Shown: positions 24,327 to 34,531 of the stretch, in pieces
How the letters are laid out: every line of letters starts with the position of its first letter
How positions within the stretch are numbered: position 1 is the stretch's first letter
NCBI GenBank assembly: GCA_036918135.1
Contig: JBALDB010000038.1
Span: 64,001-128,000, forward strand
DNA: 64,000 nt
Origin: Nostoc sp.
GTDB taxonomy: Bacteria; Cyanobacteriota; Cyanobacteriia; Cyanobacteriales; Nostocaceae
Reading direction: 5' to 3'
Made by a program: the position numbers and the translations under genes
Notes under the pieces: generated by a model
Database searches by the model: none
What the model was told of the DNA's origin: nothing
What the model saw: only the letters and a program-made list of their open reading frames with translations

Positions 24327-25466
24327 GTGATGAAATCTTTTTATCGTCTTTTACTACGCCTATCTGGTTACTCAATCTTTCCACTACTGCATAGTATTTT
24401 AGGTGTATCGCCTACTTTAGCAGCCGAGACAGTTGTTGTTAGATACGGTTTATTTGAGCAATCGATTCCTGTGGCAGATATACGTAACTATGGCGAGACA
24501 CAAAAAGTTTCCGACGATTTGAAGTCTATCTTAGGTCGTCTCAGCCCTGAAGAAAAACAGAAGTTCCAAAATGCATTGCAAGTGAAGATGTCGCTTGATA
24601 TTGTGGCTTTAGACAAGCTGGTAAACACACAAACGGGCAAGCAAGTTTTATATTTTGTTTCCCAAGCGATCGCCCGTCGCGACCAAGCTAGTATCCCAGC
24701 ACTACGAGCTGCTATTATCTTGGGAGCAAAATCACCAGAAGGTTTAGGACTCCTGACATTTTTAGAAGCCTATCCCAGTAATGAACTAGTCATTGATGTG
24801 TCAAAAATTTCCCGAATAGTCGGCATGGCAGATTCATCTTCTGGTTCTACTAATACACCGCCAAAGGACAATGTAACTTCTTCTCCTTTAGGGAAAATTG
24901 CGCTGCAATATCAGACAATCGCCGCCCAAGATAAACAGTTTTCAGGTTGTTTATTTGGTGATTCTGTTTCGGCTGAACTTGGCAATACCCTTGGTAGGGG
25001 TACTTTTAATTTTGGGTTAAATGGCTTGAGTACAATTTCATTATTAGAACAGCTCAAGACTTTAACTCCTACTAAGGTAAAATGCGAAAAAGCGATTATT
25101 GCCGTAGGTGGAAATGATGCTTGGTATGGAATTAGTGATGAATTGTTTAGCAAGAATCTCCAAGAGGCGATCGCACTTGTCCGCACAATGGGAACTAAAG
25201 AGGTTTTTCTGATTCCGGCCTTTTATTCAACAGCTGAGGTTAGTTCAAATCCAACTGTTGCGGCACCCAATTCTAGAGTCGAACAAATTAATGCTCTAAT
25301 TAATCAAGTTGGCGAAACAGAAAAAGTACCAGTTGCCGCAGCCGGAGTAGCACCATTGTATGAAAATAACGTTCTGAAAAAGGATTTTACCAATGATGGC
25401 GACCATCTCAATGCAGAAGGATTAAAGATTTATCGACAAGCATTACTACAAATTCTAGGAAAGTAA
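24327..25466 (+). CDS. Secreted DUF1400-like N-terminal domain fused to an SGNH/GDSL hydrolase
   Basis: Signal peptide (LAAE), DUF1400-like first half, SGNH blocks GDS, GGND and DGDHLN. Confidence 0.75.
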   Translation: MMKSFYRLLLRLSGYSIFPLLHSILGVSPTLAAETVVVRYGLFEQSIPVADIRNYGETQKVSDDLKSILGRLSPEEKQKFQNALQVKMSLDIVALDKLVNTQTGKQVLYFVSQAIARRDQASIPALRAAIILGAKSPEGLGLLTFLEAYPSNELVIDVSKISRIVGMADSSSGSTNTPPKDNVTSSPLGKIALQYQTIAAQDKQFSGCLFGDSVSAELGNTLGRGTFNFGLNGLSTISLLEQLKTLTPTKVKCEKAIIAVGGNDAWYGISDELFSKNLQEAIALVRTMGTKEVFLIPAFYSTAEVSSNPTVAAPNSRVEQINALINQVGETEKVPVAAAGVAPLYENNVLKKDFTNDGDHLNAEGLKIYRQALLQILGK

Positions 25467-25733
25467 TCTTAAAAGCGATCGCTGTTTAATTTTTTCAGGA
25501 ATACCAACAACTGCGATCGTTTTTTATAATCTTCGTTTAATAAAACGCAAAGGAACGCAAAGTAAAGCGCAGAGGTACGCGAAGAAAAAACTCTGCCTAT
25601 GATTGCGTTTAACCTTTGGGTGTCCACCGTACCCCTGCTCTTAAGCAAGCTAGCAAGAGCGTCTTTGAAGGAGTTACATTGCTGCAAATCGACACTCATA
25701 CTTTTGTATGCGTTGAAAAATAATTTATCCAAA

Positions 25734-26750
25734 TTATTCGATCGTTCTATCCCTAATTAGCAAAACAATTTTACCTGTTACAGTGCCACTTTCAAGTAAT
25801 TGGTGAGCTTTAGCGGCTTCTTCTAAAGGAAACTTGTGACTAACATGAATTTTTAACTTACCTTCGTCGATCCAAGTGGCAGATTGTTCGAGAATTTCTG
25901 CATGATGCTGGAGACTTTCTGATAATCCTAATAATGCTGGTGCCAGCATTAATTCTAACCCGATGCGGAGATTACGTAGTCTAGCAGTTTTCCAAACAGT
26001 ATTGGCATCTGGTTCCAGAATTGTCACAATATCACCATATACTCGTACTGCGGGAAAAGTTTTGTGAAAAGTTTCGCCACCTACAGTATCAAAAGCTAAC
26101 TCTACGCCTTCGCCGTTAGTCCAATCTAATACCGCTTGCACAAAGTCAGTTTGTTTGTATAAGATTGCATGGTCAGCACCTAATTGTTTGACGAAATTAG
26201 CTTTTTCCTCAGAACCCACTGTGGTAGAAACAGTAGCACCTTTTAGTTTCGCCAATTGAATTGCTACATGCCCGACACCACCAGCACCGGCATGAATCAA
26301 AACTCGTTCCCCAGGTGCCAATCGTCCTCGTTCGTATAAAGCTTCCCAAGCTGTGATTAAGACTAAAGGTGCTGCTGCTGCTTCGGCAAAGGAGATAGAC
26401 GCAGGTTTACGTGCCACAAACCGCTCATCTACAACGGTAAATTCGGCATAATTGCCTCGATCTGCACCCAAACCACCATAGCAAAAATATACCTCGTCGC
26501 CTGAGCGAAAACGTTGCACGCTAGCACCCACAGCTTCCACAATACCTGCACCATCACATCCTAAAACTGTTGGCAGGCGATCGGGGTAAAAAGTACCTCG
26601 GCTACGAAGTTTGGTATCAATAGGGTTCACACCAGCCGCCACTAAGCGGATTAAAAGTTCAGTATTTCCTACGGGAACACCAGGGTTTGGCACTTCTTGT
26701 ACTTGCAGAACTTCCGGACTGCCAGCTGCTGTCATTAAGACTGCTTTCAC
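25734..26750 (-). CDS. MDR family NADPH:quinone oxidoreductase-like protein
   Basis: AAGVNPID, VLIHAGAGGVG, TGKIVL; lacks zinc-binding Cys motifs. Confidence 0.88.
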   Translation of the reverse strand: MKAVLMTAAGSPEVLQVQEVPNPGVPVGNTELLIRLVAAGVNPIDTKLRSRGTFYPDRLPTVLGCDGAGIVEAVGASVQRFRSGDEVYFCYGGLGADRGNYAEFTVVDERFVARKPASISFAEAAAAPLVLITAWEALYERGRLAPGERVLIHAGAGGVGHVAIQLAKLKGATVSTTVGSEEKANFVKQLGADHAILYKQTDFVQAVLDWTNGEGVELAFDTVGGETFHKTFPAVRVYGDIVTILEPDANTVWKTARLRNLRIGLELMLAPALLGLSESLQHHAEILEQSATWIDEGKLKIHVSHKFPLEEAAKAHQLLESGTVTGKIVLLIRDRTIE

Positions 26751-26957
26751 GACTTTTTCCTCTTGCCTCTAGATGCACGGTTATTTGCAACTTTAGCGCA
26801 ATCGGGTGGACACACAAAAGAGGGTAGGAATTCCTCAAGCGTTGGGAGCATAGATAGCACGTGCCTCAATCTGAACACCAAGAGTCTGACCTTCCTCCGC
26901 AGTAGGGATGTTGTGTAGGGAAGTCTTTTGAAAGAACGATGTCTTAGCACTAACAGA

Positions 26958-27245
26958 TCAATAATTTTCTTTATCTGTACTTGAGTGAATAGCTTTGTTT
27001 AAATCCCGCAGCAAATCTTCTTCCGCATCCCGCTCTTGCTTGAGTTCTCGAATCATTTCTTGACTAGAACCAATCAGTAAGCCAGCAACTGCACCGACAA
27101 TGGCGTATTTTTGCTCCAAATTTTTATACATTTGACTGGTGTAAGGGCAAGGAAGTAAACTAGCAGTAATAAAACCAATTCCTGCACCCACAAATGCTGT
27201 CACCAAGCCAGAGAAAGCGATTAATTTAGCGTTCACTTGCTTCAC
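26958..27245 (-). CDS. Small two-TM hypothetical protein
   Basis: Two hydrophobic segments and a charged tail. Confidence 0.65.
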   Translation of the reverse strand: MKQVNAKLIAFSGLVTAFVGAGIGFITASLLPCPYTSQMYKNLEQKYAIVGAVAGLLIGSSQEMIRELKQERDAEEDLLRDLNKAIHSSTDKENY

Positions 27246-27455
27246 TCCAATGCTTATAAATTTGCTAAATAATCAGAAGATACTCTACATTGTCTCAGCG
27301 GTTTCCAAAGTTGTAACTTAATCTTTATCTCTTGTAATAGAAAGTAGAGTTGGGCAGGGGAGGAGGGAGCAGGGGGCAGGGGGAAAGAGGGTTTTCTAGT
27401 TTCTGCATAGATTACAGGAATTATAACTAATTAACCGGACATGATATCAAAGGTA

Positions 27456-27757
27456 TGTTCATTGAATTTGGGCAGCCGTTTATTAAATTTGGGCAGTCGT
27501 TCATCGAATTTGGAGTGTTGTTTATTGAATTCGGGCGGCCGTTTATTGAATTCGGGCGGCCGTTTATTGAATTTGGGCGGCCGTTTATTGAATTTGGGCG
27601 GCCGTTTATTGAATTTGGGCGGCCGTTTATTGAATTCGGGCGGCCGTTTATTGAATTCGGGGTGTCGTTTATTGAATTCGGGGTGTCGTTTATTGAATTC
27701 GGGCGGCCGTTTATTGAATTCGGGGTGTCGTTTATTGAATTCGGGGTGTCGTTTATT
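27456..27757. repeat. Tandem array of 14 full 21-bp units plus a partial unit
   Basis: Consensus CGTTTATTGAATTYGGG(CGGC/GTGT), no spacers. Confidence 0.95.
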
Positions 27758-27849
27758 ATAGCCGTAGTCACATAGGTTAGGACATAATAACAAGGGTGAA
27801 AGCTAGGAATAGTAATAGTTTTACCTCCTGCCTTCTGCCTCCTGCTATA
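27757..27849. mobile_element. Dispersed repeat family A, copy 3
   Basis: TATAGCCGTAGTCACATAGGTTAGGACAT...CCTCCTGCTATA. Confidence 0.75.
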
Positions 27850-27863
27850 TTTTTGTTCAATTT

Positions 27864-30800
27864 TCAATCACTCGAATCATTAGGTCTGTTCTCATCAGTG
27901 TTTTGCTTGATAATCACAGATGAATGTTGATGAGCGTTCGTCGTTGGCGTTGGCGTCTCCGTTCGCGCAGCCTCTCGTAGAGAAGTCTCTTGAACAGAAG
28001 GCATCGCTGTTGATTGTCCATCCTCGTTTCCATCTGGAGATGGTGGTTGGGAGCGATTAGTAGGTTTATGTTTCAAGAAGCGATCTTCCAAAGTCTTAAT
28101 GATTACATACAGCACTGGAACAAAGAGCAAACTTAAAATCGTTGCCACGAGTAACCCGCCAAACAAAGCCGTTCCTAAAGACCAGCGCGAGGCAGAACCC
28201 GCTCCGGTGGCGATTACCAGAGGGAAAAATCCGAGCAGTGCTGCACTCGAAGTCATGACAATTGGTCGAAACCGTTCTTCGGCTGCGGTCAAGGCTGCCT
28301 GTGGAATTGCCATACCCCCTTCATAAGCTTGGTTAGCAAACTCGACGATCAAAATGGCATTTTTCGAGGCGAGTCCGATCAGCATTACCAGCGCCACGTT
28401 CGCGTAGACATCGTTTACCAAACCGCGCAAGGCTAGCGCACTCAACGCACCTAACAACGCTAACGGTACGGTCAACAAAATAATCGTGGGATCGATATAA
28501 CTTTCATACTGAGCGGCAAGTGTGAGAAACACCATAATGATCCCGAAGCCAAAAATGAGAATGCCCAAGTTACCTGCACTTAATTCTTCGCGGGCAGTTC
28601 CGATCCAGTCACTACCAACCCCCGGTGTTGCTACGGCGTTCACCGCTTGCTGCATTGCCTGGATTGCTTGTCCACTGCTGTAGCCCGATGCTTCTCTGCC
28701 TTGCAGATCGATGGCGCGGAAGCCATTGTAGTGATTGATTACAGATGGGCCTGTAATTGGCGTGAGTGTTGCAACCTCGCTCAATCGCACCATTTGATTA
28801 TTTGTCGATCGCACATAAAGCTGACGAATATCATCGGGCGATCGCCGATAGTTGCCGTCTGCCTGAACATAAACGCGATAGCTCTGCTGTCCAAGGATAA
28901 AATCGTTGACATACTGCGAACCAATGGCGGTTCCAAGTGTGCTGACAGCATCCTGAAAATTGACGTTGAGGGCTTCGAGGCGATCGCGATCGAAGTCGAT
29001 TTGAAACTGTGGGGTATTGGCGGTGAACTGCGTAAACACAGCGCCTTTGAGAGCTGGTTGTTGATTTGCTTGCGCGATAATCGCTTGGGCATTGGCGAAA
29101 AAATCATCAATTGTTAGTCGCCCGTTGGTGCGGTCTTCAAGCTGCAACTCAAATCCACCCAACGTACTAAAGCCTTGAATTGGTGGGGGACTGACTGCGG
29201 TGATTACGGCTTCGGGAATCCCTTGAAATCCGCCATTAATTCGGGTCAAAATTGCAGACGCACTTTGATCGGATTTGCTGCGATCTTCCCACGGCTTGAG
29301 TTGAGCAAAGAACACGCCGCGATTTGACCCACTGCCTGCAAACCCAAATCCTGAAGTCGCAAAAATATTATTAATCTCTGGTTCTTTTTGGAGAATTTGT
29401 TCAACTTTTTCGAGTACTCGATCGGTATAGCCGAGAGCAACTCCATCCGGGGCTTGAATAATACCTAACAGAATGCCCTGGTCTTCACTGGGAACAAACC
29501 CAGTCGGAACATGGGTGAACATAAAGTAGGTCGCAGCTAAACCGACCACAAACAATCCAATCACAAAGTAACGAACGCGAATCAGAAAATTGACGATCGC
29601 TAAATACCGTTGAATAATCCATGCCAAAATTTGATTAAATTTGTTAAAAAACCAGCCAAGCGGGCCGCGTTTGGGTCGTGGCGGACGCAGCAAAATCGCA
29701 GACATACTGGGACTGAATGAAAGCGCATTAAACGCTGAAATCGCGATCGAAAAGGCAATTACTAAGGCGAACTGCTGATACATTCTCCCAGTCGAACCCG
29801 GAAAAAACGCTACTGGAATAAACACCGCCATCAACACCAACGACGTTGCCAGCACTGCTCCAGTAAGTTCGTCCATTGCCTCGATTGACGCTTGAAACGG
29901 TCGCACTCCCTGTTCAATTTTGCGGGCGACTGCCTCAACGACAATAATTGCATCATCTACGACTAATCCGGTCGCCAAAATTAAACCAAATAAGGTCAAA
30001 TTATTTAACGAGAATCCAAACACGTAAGCAAATGCTAATGCGCCAATCAGCGAAACCGGAATCGCAATAATCGGAATAATTGTGGCTCGCCAGTCTTGGA
30101 GAAACAGAAAAATCACGAGGACGACTAAGGCGATCGCTTCCACAAGCGTTTTCACGACTTCTTCGAGTGATGCTTGCACAAACCCAACAGTATCGTAAAC
30201 AATCTTGGCTTGTAATCCGGGCGGAAACTCTTTCATCAGCTCATTCATTTGCGCTTCAACGTTTTTTGCCACATCCAGCGCATTACTACCTGGTAACTGA
30301 TAAATTGCAATGCCGATCGCCGGCTTGCCATTATTTTTTGCATTACTAGCGTAAGTCTCCGAGCCGAGTTCGGCATGACCGACATCTTTGAGTTTAATTA
30401 AGTTGCCATCACTCCCGGCTTTGATGACGAGATTCTCAAATCCTGATGCATCTTTGAATTGACCATTGACTCGCAGCGGAATTTCATAACTTTGACCTGG
30501 AGGCACAGGCTGTTGACCCAACGTTCCGGCTCCGGCGAGAATGTTTTGCGATCGCAGTGCCGTTGCCACATCTGTCACGGTTAATTGCCGACTCGCCAGT
30601 GCATTGGGATCGAGCCACAACCGCATTGCATACTCTTTTTCACCAAAAATTGTGATATCGCCAACTCCCGGTGTTCTCAGCAGTTGATCCCGCAAATTGA
30701 GGTCAATATAGTTACTAATAAACAGCGCGTCATACTCATTATTTTGGGGATAAAGCGCGTACACTAACAAAATACTGGTCGAAGACGTTTGCGCTGTCAC

Positions 30801-31181
30801 ACCGAATTGTTGCACGGTCGTTGGCAAGCGAGGTGTAGCACGGGAAATGCGATTTTGCACGTTCACTTGGTCAATATTTTTATCCGTCTGTGACTCGAAA
30901 TACACTGAAATTTGGCTACTACCTGCGGAACTGTTCGAGGTCATGTACTGCATTCCCTCAACGCCGTTAATCTGTCGCTCCAACGTCGTTGTCACGGCAG
31001 TTTCGACGGTTTCTACATCCGCCCCAGTATAGGTGGCTGAGACTTGAACGCGAATCGGCGCAATATCTGGCAAGTAATTGAGCGGCAGTAATGGAATACA
31101 CACTCCCCCCAAAATCAGAATCACTAAAGTGCAAACGGTACTTAATACCGGGCGTTTGATGAAGGTGTTAGCGATCGACAT
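27864..31181 (-). CDS. RND efflux permease (HAE1/AcrB family)
   Basis: FIKRPV, GLVVDDAIIVVE, KNAILIVEFA, RFRPIVMT. Confidence 0.95.
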   Translation of the reverse strand: MSIANTFIKRPVLSTVCTLVILILGGVCIPLLPLNYLPDIAPIRVQVSATYTGADVETVETAVTTTLERQINGVEGMQYMTSNSSAGSSQISVYFESQTDKNIDQVNVQNRISRATPRLPTTVQQFGVTAQTSSTSILLVYALYPQNNEYDALFISNYIDLNLRDQLLRTPGVGDITIFGEKEYAMRLWLDPNALASRQLTVTDVATALRSQNILAGAGTLGQQPVPPGQSYEIPLRVNGQFKDASGFENLVIKAGSDGNLIKLKDVGHAELGSETYASNAKNNGKPAIGIAIYQLPGSNALDVAKNVEAQMNELMKEFPPGLQAKIVYDTVGFVQASLEEVVKTLVEAIALVVLVIFLFLQDWRATIIPIIAIPVSLIGALAFAYVFGFSLNNLTLFGLILATGLVVDDAIIVVEAVARKIEQGVRPFQASIEAMDELTGAVLATSLVLMAVFIPVAFFPGSTGRMYQQFALVIAFSIAISAFNALSFSPSMSAILLRPPRPKRGPLGWFFNKFNQILAWIIQRYLAIVNFLIRVRYFVIGLFVVGLAATYFMFTHVPTGFVPSEDQGILLGIIQAPDGVALGYTDRVLEKVEQILQKEPEINNIFATSGFGFAGSGSNRGVFFAQLKPWEDRSKSDQSASAILTRINGGFQGIPEAVITAVSPPPIQGFSTLGGFELQLEDRTNGRLTIDDFFANAQAIIAQANQQPALKGAVFTQFTANTPQFQIDFDRDRLEALNVNFQDAVSTLGTAIGSQYVNDFILGQQSYRVYVQADGNYRRSPDDIRQLYVRSTNNQMVRLSEVATLTPITGPSVINHYNGFRAIDLQGREASGYSSGQAIQAMQQAVNAVATPGVGSDWIGTAREELSAGNLGILIFGFGIIMVFLTLAAQYESYIDPTIILLTVPLALLGALSALALRGLVNDVYANVALVMLIGLASKNAILIVEFANQAYEGGMAIPQAALTAAEERFRPIVMTSSAALLGFFPLVIATGAGSASRWSLGTALFGGLLVATILSLLFVPVLYVIIKTLEDRFLKHKPTNRSQPPSPDGNEDGQSTAMPSVQETSLREAARTETPTPTTNAHQHSSVIIKQNTDENRPNDSSD

Positions 31182-31198
31182 GATCGGATGTCCTGGAT

Positions 31199-32461
31199 TT
31201 AGGATTGCGGTTGAATTGGTGCGCCTTCTCTAAGTTTGAGAATGCCAGCAGTCACGATCGTTTCGCCGGATTTAAGTCCTGAGAGGACTTGATAGTTTGT
31301 GCCTTGAATGTCACCAAGGCGTACTAAACGCTGATGCACAATTTGCTGCTGTTTGCCGTTTACAGTTTTGTTTTCGGTGACAAACACAAAATTTTGTCCA
31401 GCAACGCGAGAAATTGCGGCGGTGGGAATTAAGATACCTGGTTGTTGATTCCAAATCACGCGAGCTTTAACGTATTGCCCATCACGCAGTCGCCGTTGTG
31501 AATTCCGAAAGCGTGCCTTGCTCAAAATCGACTGCTGATTAGAATTCACCGTCGGAGAAATGAAGTTGACCGCGCCCGTACCAATCACTCGCTGCGTGGT
31601 GGGATCGATCAACTGAACGGGCAATCCAATTCGCAGTTGCTTCAATCGATTTGAGGGTACAGAAAGATTCAGATCCAGAGAATCATTTTGCGTGATTGTG
31701 GTAATGGTTTGTCCGGTGTTGACATAATCTCCGACTTTCACTGGAAAATAACCTACTACGCCAGCGATCGGTGCGACCACTCGTTTGAAATTAAGATTGA
31801 CTCGTGAAGCAGCCGTGCTGGCTTGGGCTTGACGTACATTTGCCTGTGCTTGGCGAATGGCTGCACCTGATGCAGCAACTTGTTTATTTGTGGCTTGCAA
31901 GTCTGCGATCGCCGCTTGTAAATTATTTCTGGCAATGTCTAACTCTTGTCTGGCTATGGCTCCTTCATTGACTAACTGTTGGTTACGATTGAATTGTGTC
32001 TGTTGCAGCTGAACATTTGCTGCGGCCTTAGTTCGTTGGGCTTCAGATTGTTGAAGTTGTGCTTGAGCCGTCAATAAAGCTGCTTTGGCGGAATTTGCAG
32101 CTGCGATCGAACTCGCGACATCAGCCTGAGTCTGATCTAAACTCAAGGATGCGATCTGCGTACCTTGCTGCACTTGCTGACCACTGGACACCAGAATCGA
32201 TTCGATTCGTCCCTGAGTTTGGGGCTGTAACGTGACTTTTTGCTGGGCTTCCAACGAGCCGACAAACACAGAACTTTCTTGGATTGTGCCTGCGTCAATT
32301 TTCTGAAGTTTTACTGGCAATGGTGGCGGGTTGGCAGCATTTGCTGCCGGATCGGTTTTTTGACAACCACTCGTCAATGCTGTGAACATTAGTAAGATTA
32401 CTAATACTGGATTTGCGAGCGAGTTGTTTAAGTATTTAAGTAGATAATAATGTTTTGACAT
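31199..32461 (-). CDS. RND periplasmic adaptor lipoprotein
   Basis: LTSGC lipobox-like motif, coiled hairpin, APIAGVVG; directly upstream of the permease; start uncertain. Confidence 0.88.
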   Translation of the reverse strand: MSKHYYLLKYLNNSLANPVLVILLMFTALTSGCQKTDPAANAANPPPLPVKLQKIDAGTIQESSVFVGSLEAQQKVTLQPQTQGRIESILVSSGQQVQQGTQIASLSLDQTQADVASSIAAANSAKAALLTAQAQLQQSEAQRTKAAANVQLQQTQFNRNQQLVNEGAIARQELDIARNNLQAAIADLQATNKQVAASGAAIRQAQANVRQAQASTAASRVNLNFKRVVAPIAGVVGYFPVKVGDYVNTGQTITTITQNDSLDLNLSVPSNRLKQLRIGLPVQLIDPTTQRVIGTGAVNFISPTVNSNQQSILSKARFRNSQRRLRDGQYVKARVIWNQQPGILIPTAAISRVAGQNFVFVTENKTVNGKQQQIVHQRLVRLGDIQGTNYQVLSGLKSGETIVTAGILKLREGAPIQPQS

Positions 32462-33186
32462 AAAACAAAATGCCGAGCAAGTAAATTTATAGACTGCACA
32501 ATTTTTAAAACTCAATCCCTGAGCTTAAGAAAGCCCAAAAACTCTAGCTTTGCCGCAGTAAATTTTCTAAATGTTTAATATTTCGTTTAGTATTAGATGC
32601 ATCTTTCGTCAGAATCGCTGCTTGGTCTCAAACAGACTCATCTTAGAAAAATCTCTGGATTAATACTACGTGAGTTCAATGGATTAAAAAAAATACTAAA
32701 GATAGAGATAATTCAGTTTATTGGGTAGATATCAAAGTTTTCTGAAAATGATACCTTTAGGCGAACAATCTCCAATTGAATTGAGTCGAAACTTAAAAAT
32801 ACTACCGTAGCCAGTTACGTATGCCATACGCTTCAGTTAAGTCTAAAACGAGATAAACTTAGGCTTATCCCTAAATATACTGAATACTAATCCACCTAAA
32901 ATAAAAATAGTGCTAAGTAGCTCAATTTAATTAAATCTGAAATGTGATTACAAGCAAAACAAAGTCAAGCGTACCACTTCCCTGCAAGACGCTATGCGAA
33001 CGTGGAAGCAAGCTACGCGGAGCGTCTTGTAGAGAAGTAATTGCAAAGATTCTATCTAAGATTTTTTAATGTTTACTAGTCAGAAAGCTGACTGTAATTC
33101 TATTTCTTAATTTTTGATTTTGCAGAAAGTTGCCAAGAGGATTTCTCTTTTGAGCAAACTTTTTAAGATGAATTTTGAATTACTGA

Positions 33187-34329
33187 CTATAATTTATCCT
33201 TGGAAATTGACCCTTCAATTCCCTCAACATACCAATCCATCGCCAGTTGTGTTCGATCGTCCAACACCTTACCTTTTAGCACTCGCACTACACCTTTTTG
33301 GTCTTTCACCGGGCCATCAAAAGGATGTGCGATACCTTGAATAAACTCATCGCGCTTGGCATTTACTAATTGCTGCACATCAGCCGGAATCACCTGATTC
33401 ATTGGAGAAATATCTACCATTTCTTGACCAATACCATCCCAAACATCTTGAGACTTCCAAGTATTAGTCATTACAGCCAAGGCTTTATCTGTATAGAATT
33501 TGCCCCATTTATTAATAGCTGATGTCAGGTGAGCTTTTTGACCAAACTTGCTCATGTCAGTGTTATAGCCAAAAGCATAAATGCCTCTTTCTTCAGCAAA
33601 TTGTACAACAGCACTAGAGTCAGTATGCTGCGTCAGTACATCAGCACCTAAATTGACCAAAGTTTGAGCCGCTTCTTTTTCTTTAGCTGGATCGTACCAA
33701 GTTTGCACCCAAAGTATCTTAACTTTTGCCTGGGGATTTGTTAGTCGCACTCCTTGAGTGAACGCATTGATTCCCCGAATTACTTCAGGAATTGGGTATG
33801 ACCCAATAAAACCAATTACATTTGATTTTGTCATCTTGCCAGCAATTATGCCAGTTAAGTAACGCGGTTCTTCAAAACGTCCCAGATATGTGCCAACATT
33901 AGCAGCACGTTTGTATCCCGTACACTGTTCAAAGATAATATCAGGAAATTCCTTTGCAACTTTCATTGTTGGGTTTATGTAGCCAAATGAAGTTGTAAAA
34001 ATCAACTTGTTACCATCTAATGCCAGTTGGCGAATTACTCTTTCAGCATCAGCACTTTCATTCACATTTTCCACAAAGGTAGTTTTTACCTTATCTTGAA
34101 GATTGGCTTCCATGTGTCTGCGACCTAAATCATGAGCATAAGTCCAGCCAAAATCACCCACAGGTCTATGATAAACAAATCCCACTTTCAGAGGTTCATT
34201 TACTACCACAGGCGATGCTAAAGGAAATACTTCACTAGGTGAATTGGAATTTCTGCCTTGAATACAACTAGTTAAGGCAAAGCTAGATCCTGCTAAAGTA
34301 ACATAGTTGAGAAATTTCCGACGATCCAT
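33187..34329 (-). CDS. BMP family ABC substrate-binding lipoprotein (purine/nucleoside-like) with Tat signal
   Basis: MDRRKFL..LTSC, VGDFGWTYAH, TTSFGY, WYDPAKE, QHTDS. Confidence 0.88.
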   Translation of the reverse strand: MDRRKFLNYVTLAGSSFALTSCIQGRNSNSPSEVFPLASPVVVNEPLKVGFVYHRPVGDFGWTYAHDLGRRHMEANLQDKVKTTFVENVNESADAERVIRQLALDGNKLIFTTSFGYINPTMKVAKEFPDIIFEQCTGYKRAANVGTYLGRFEEPRYLTGIIAGKMTKSNVIGFIGSYPIPEVIRGINAFTQGVRLTNPQAKVKILWVQTWYDPAKEKEAAQTLVNLGADVLTQHTDSSAVVQFAEERGIYAFGYNTDMSKFGQKAHLTSAINKWGKFYTDKALAVMTNTWKSQDVWDGIGQEMVDISPMNQVIPADVQQLVNAKRDEFIQGIAHPFDGPVKDQKGVVRVLKGKVLDDRTQLAMDWYVEGIEGSISKDKL

Positions 34330-34531
34330 ATTTATTGATTTGGTTCAGCTGTTGAAAAAATTTTTTAATTGTTAGTAGCGACAGACACAATATTTACTTA
34401 ATTTTAGCTCTTAATTTTTGGGGACTGGGGGCTGGGGACTGGGGACTGAGGAACGATTAAAATAATTCTTTCCCAGTTCCCAATACTCAATACCCAACCC
34501 TCAGTGCCTAATCCCTTTTAGAGGTTTTGAA

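Noticed and set aside
25469..25732. 87-aa ORF downstream of the oxidoreductase
   Set aside because: TTG start, no recognisable motif, and partly composed of short repeats
26781..26950. 6S RNA, SRP RNA or glutamine/THF riboswitch
   Set aside because: Diagnostic motifs were not found by eye; kept only as an unassigned candidate
27456..27757. CRISPR array
   Set aside because: Units are contiguous with no unique spacers, and no cas genes are present
27427..27867. Heptad-repeat ORFs in four frames
   Set aside because: By-products of a stop-free 21-bp repeat; the longest also runs through a mobile element
34375..34388. NtcA site upstream of the BMP lipoprotein
   Set aside because: GTA-N8-CAC is imperfect and has no properly spaced -10 box
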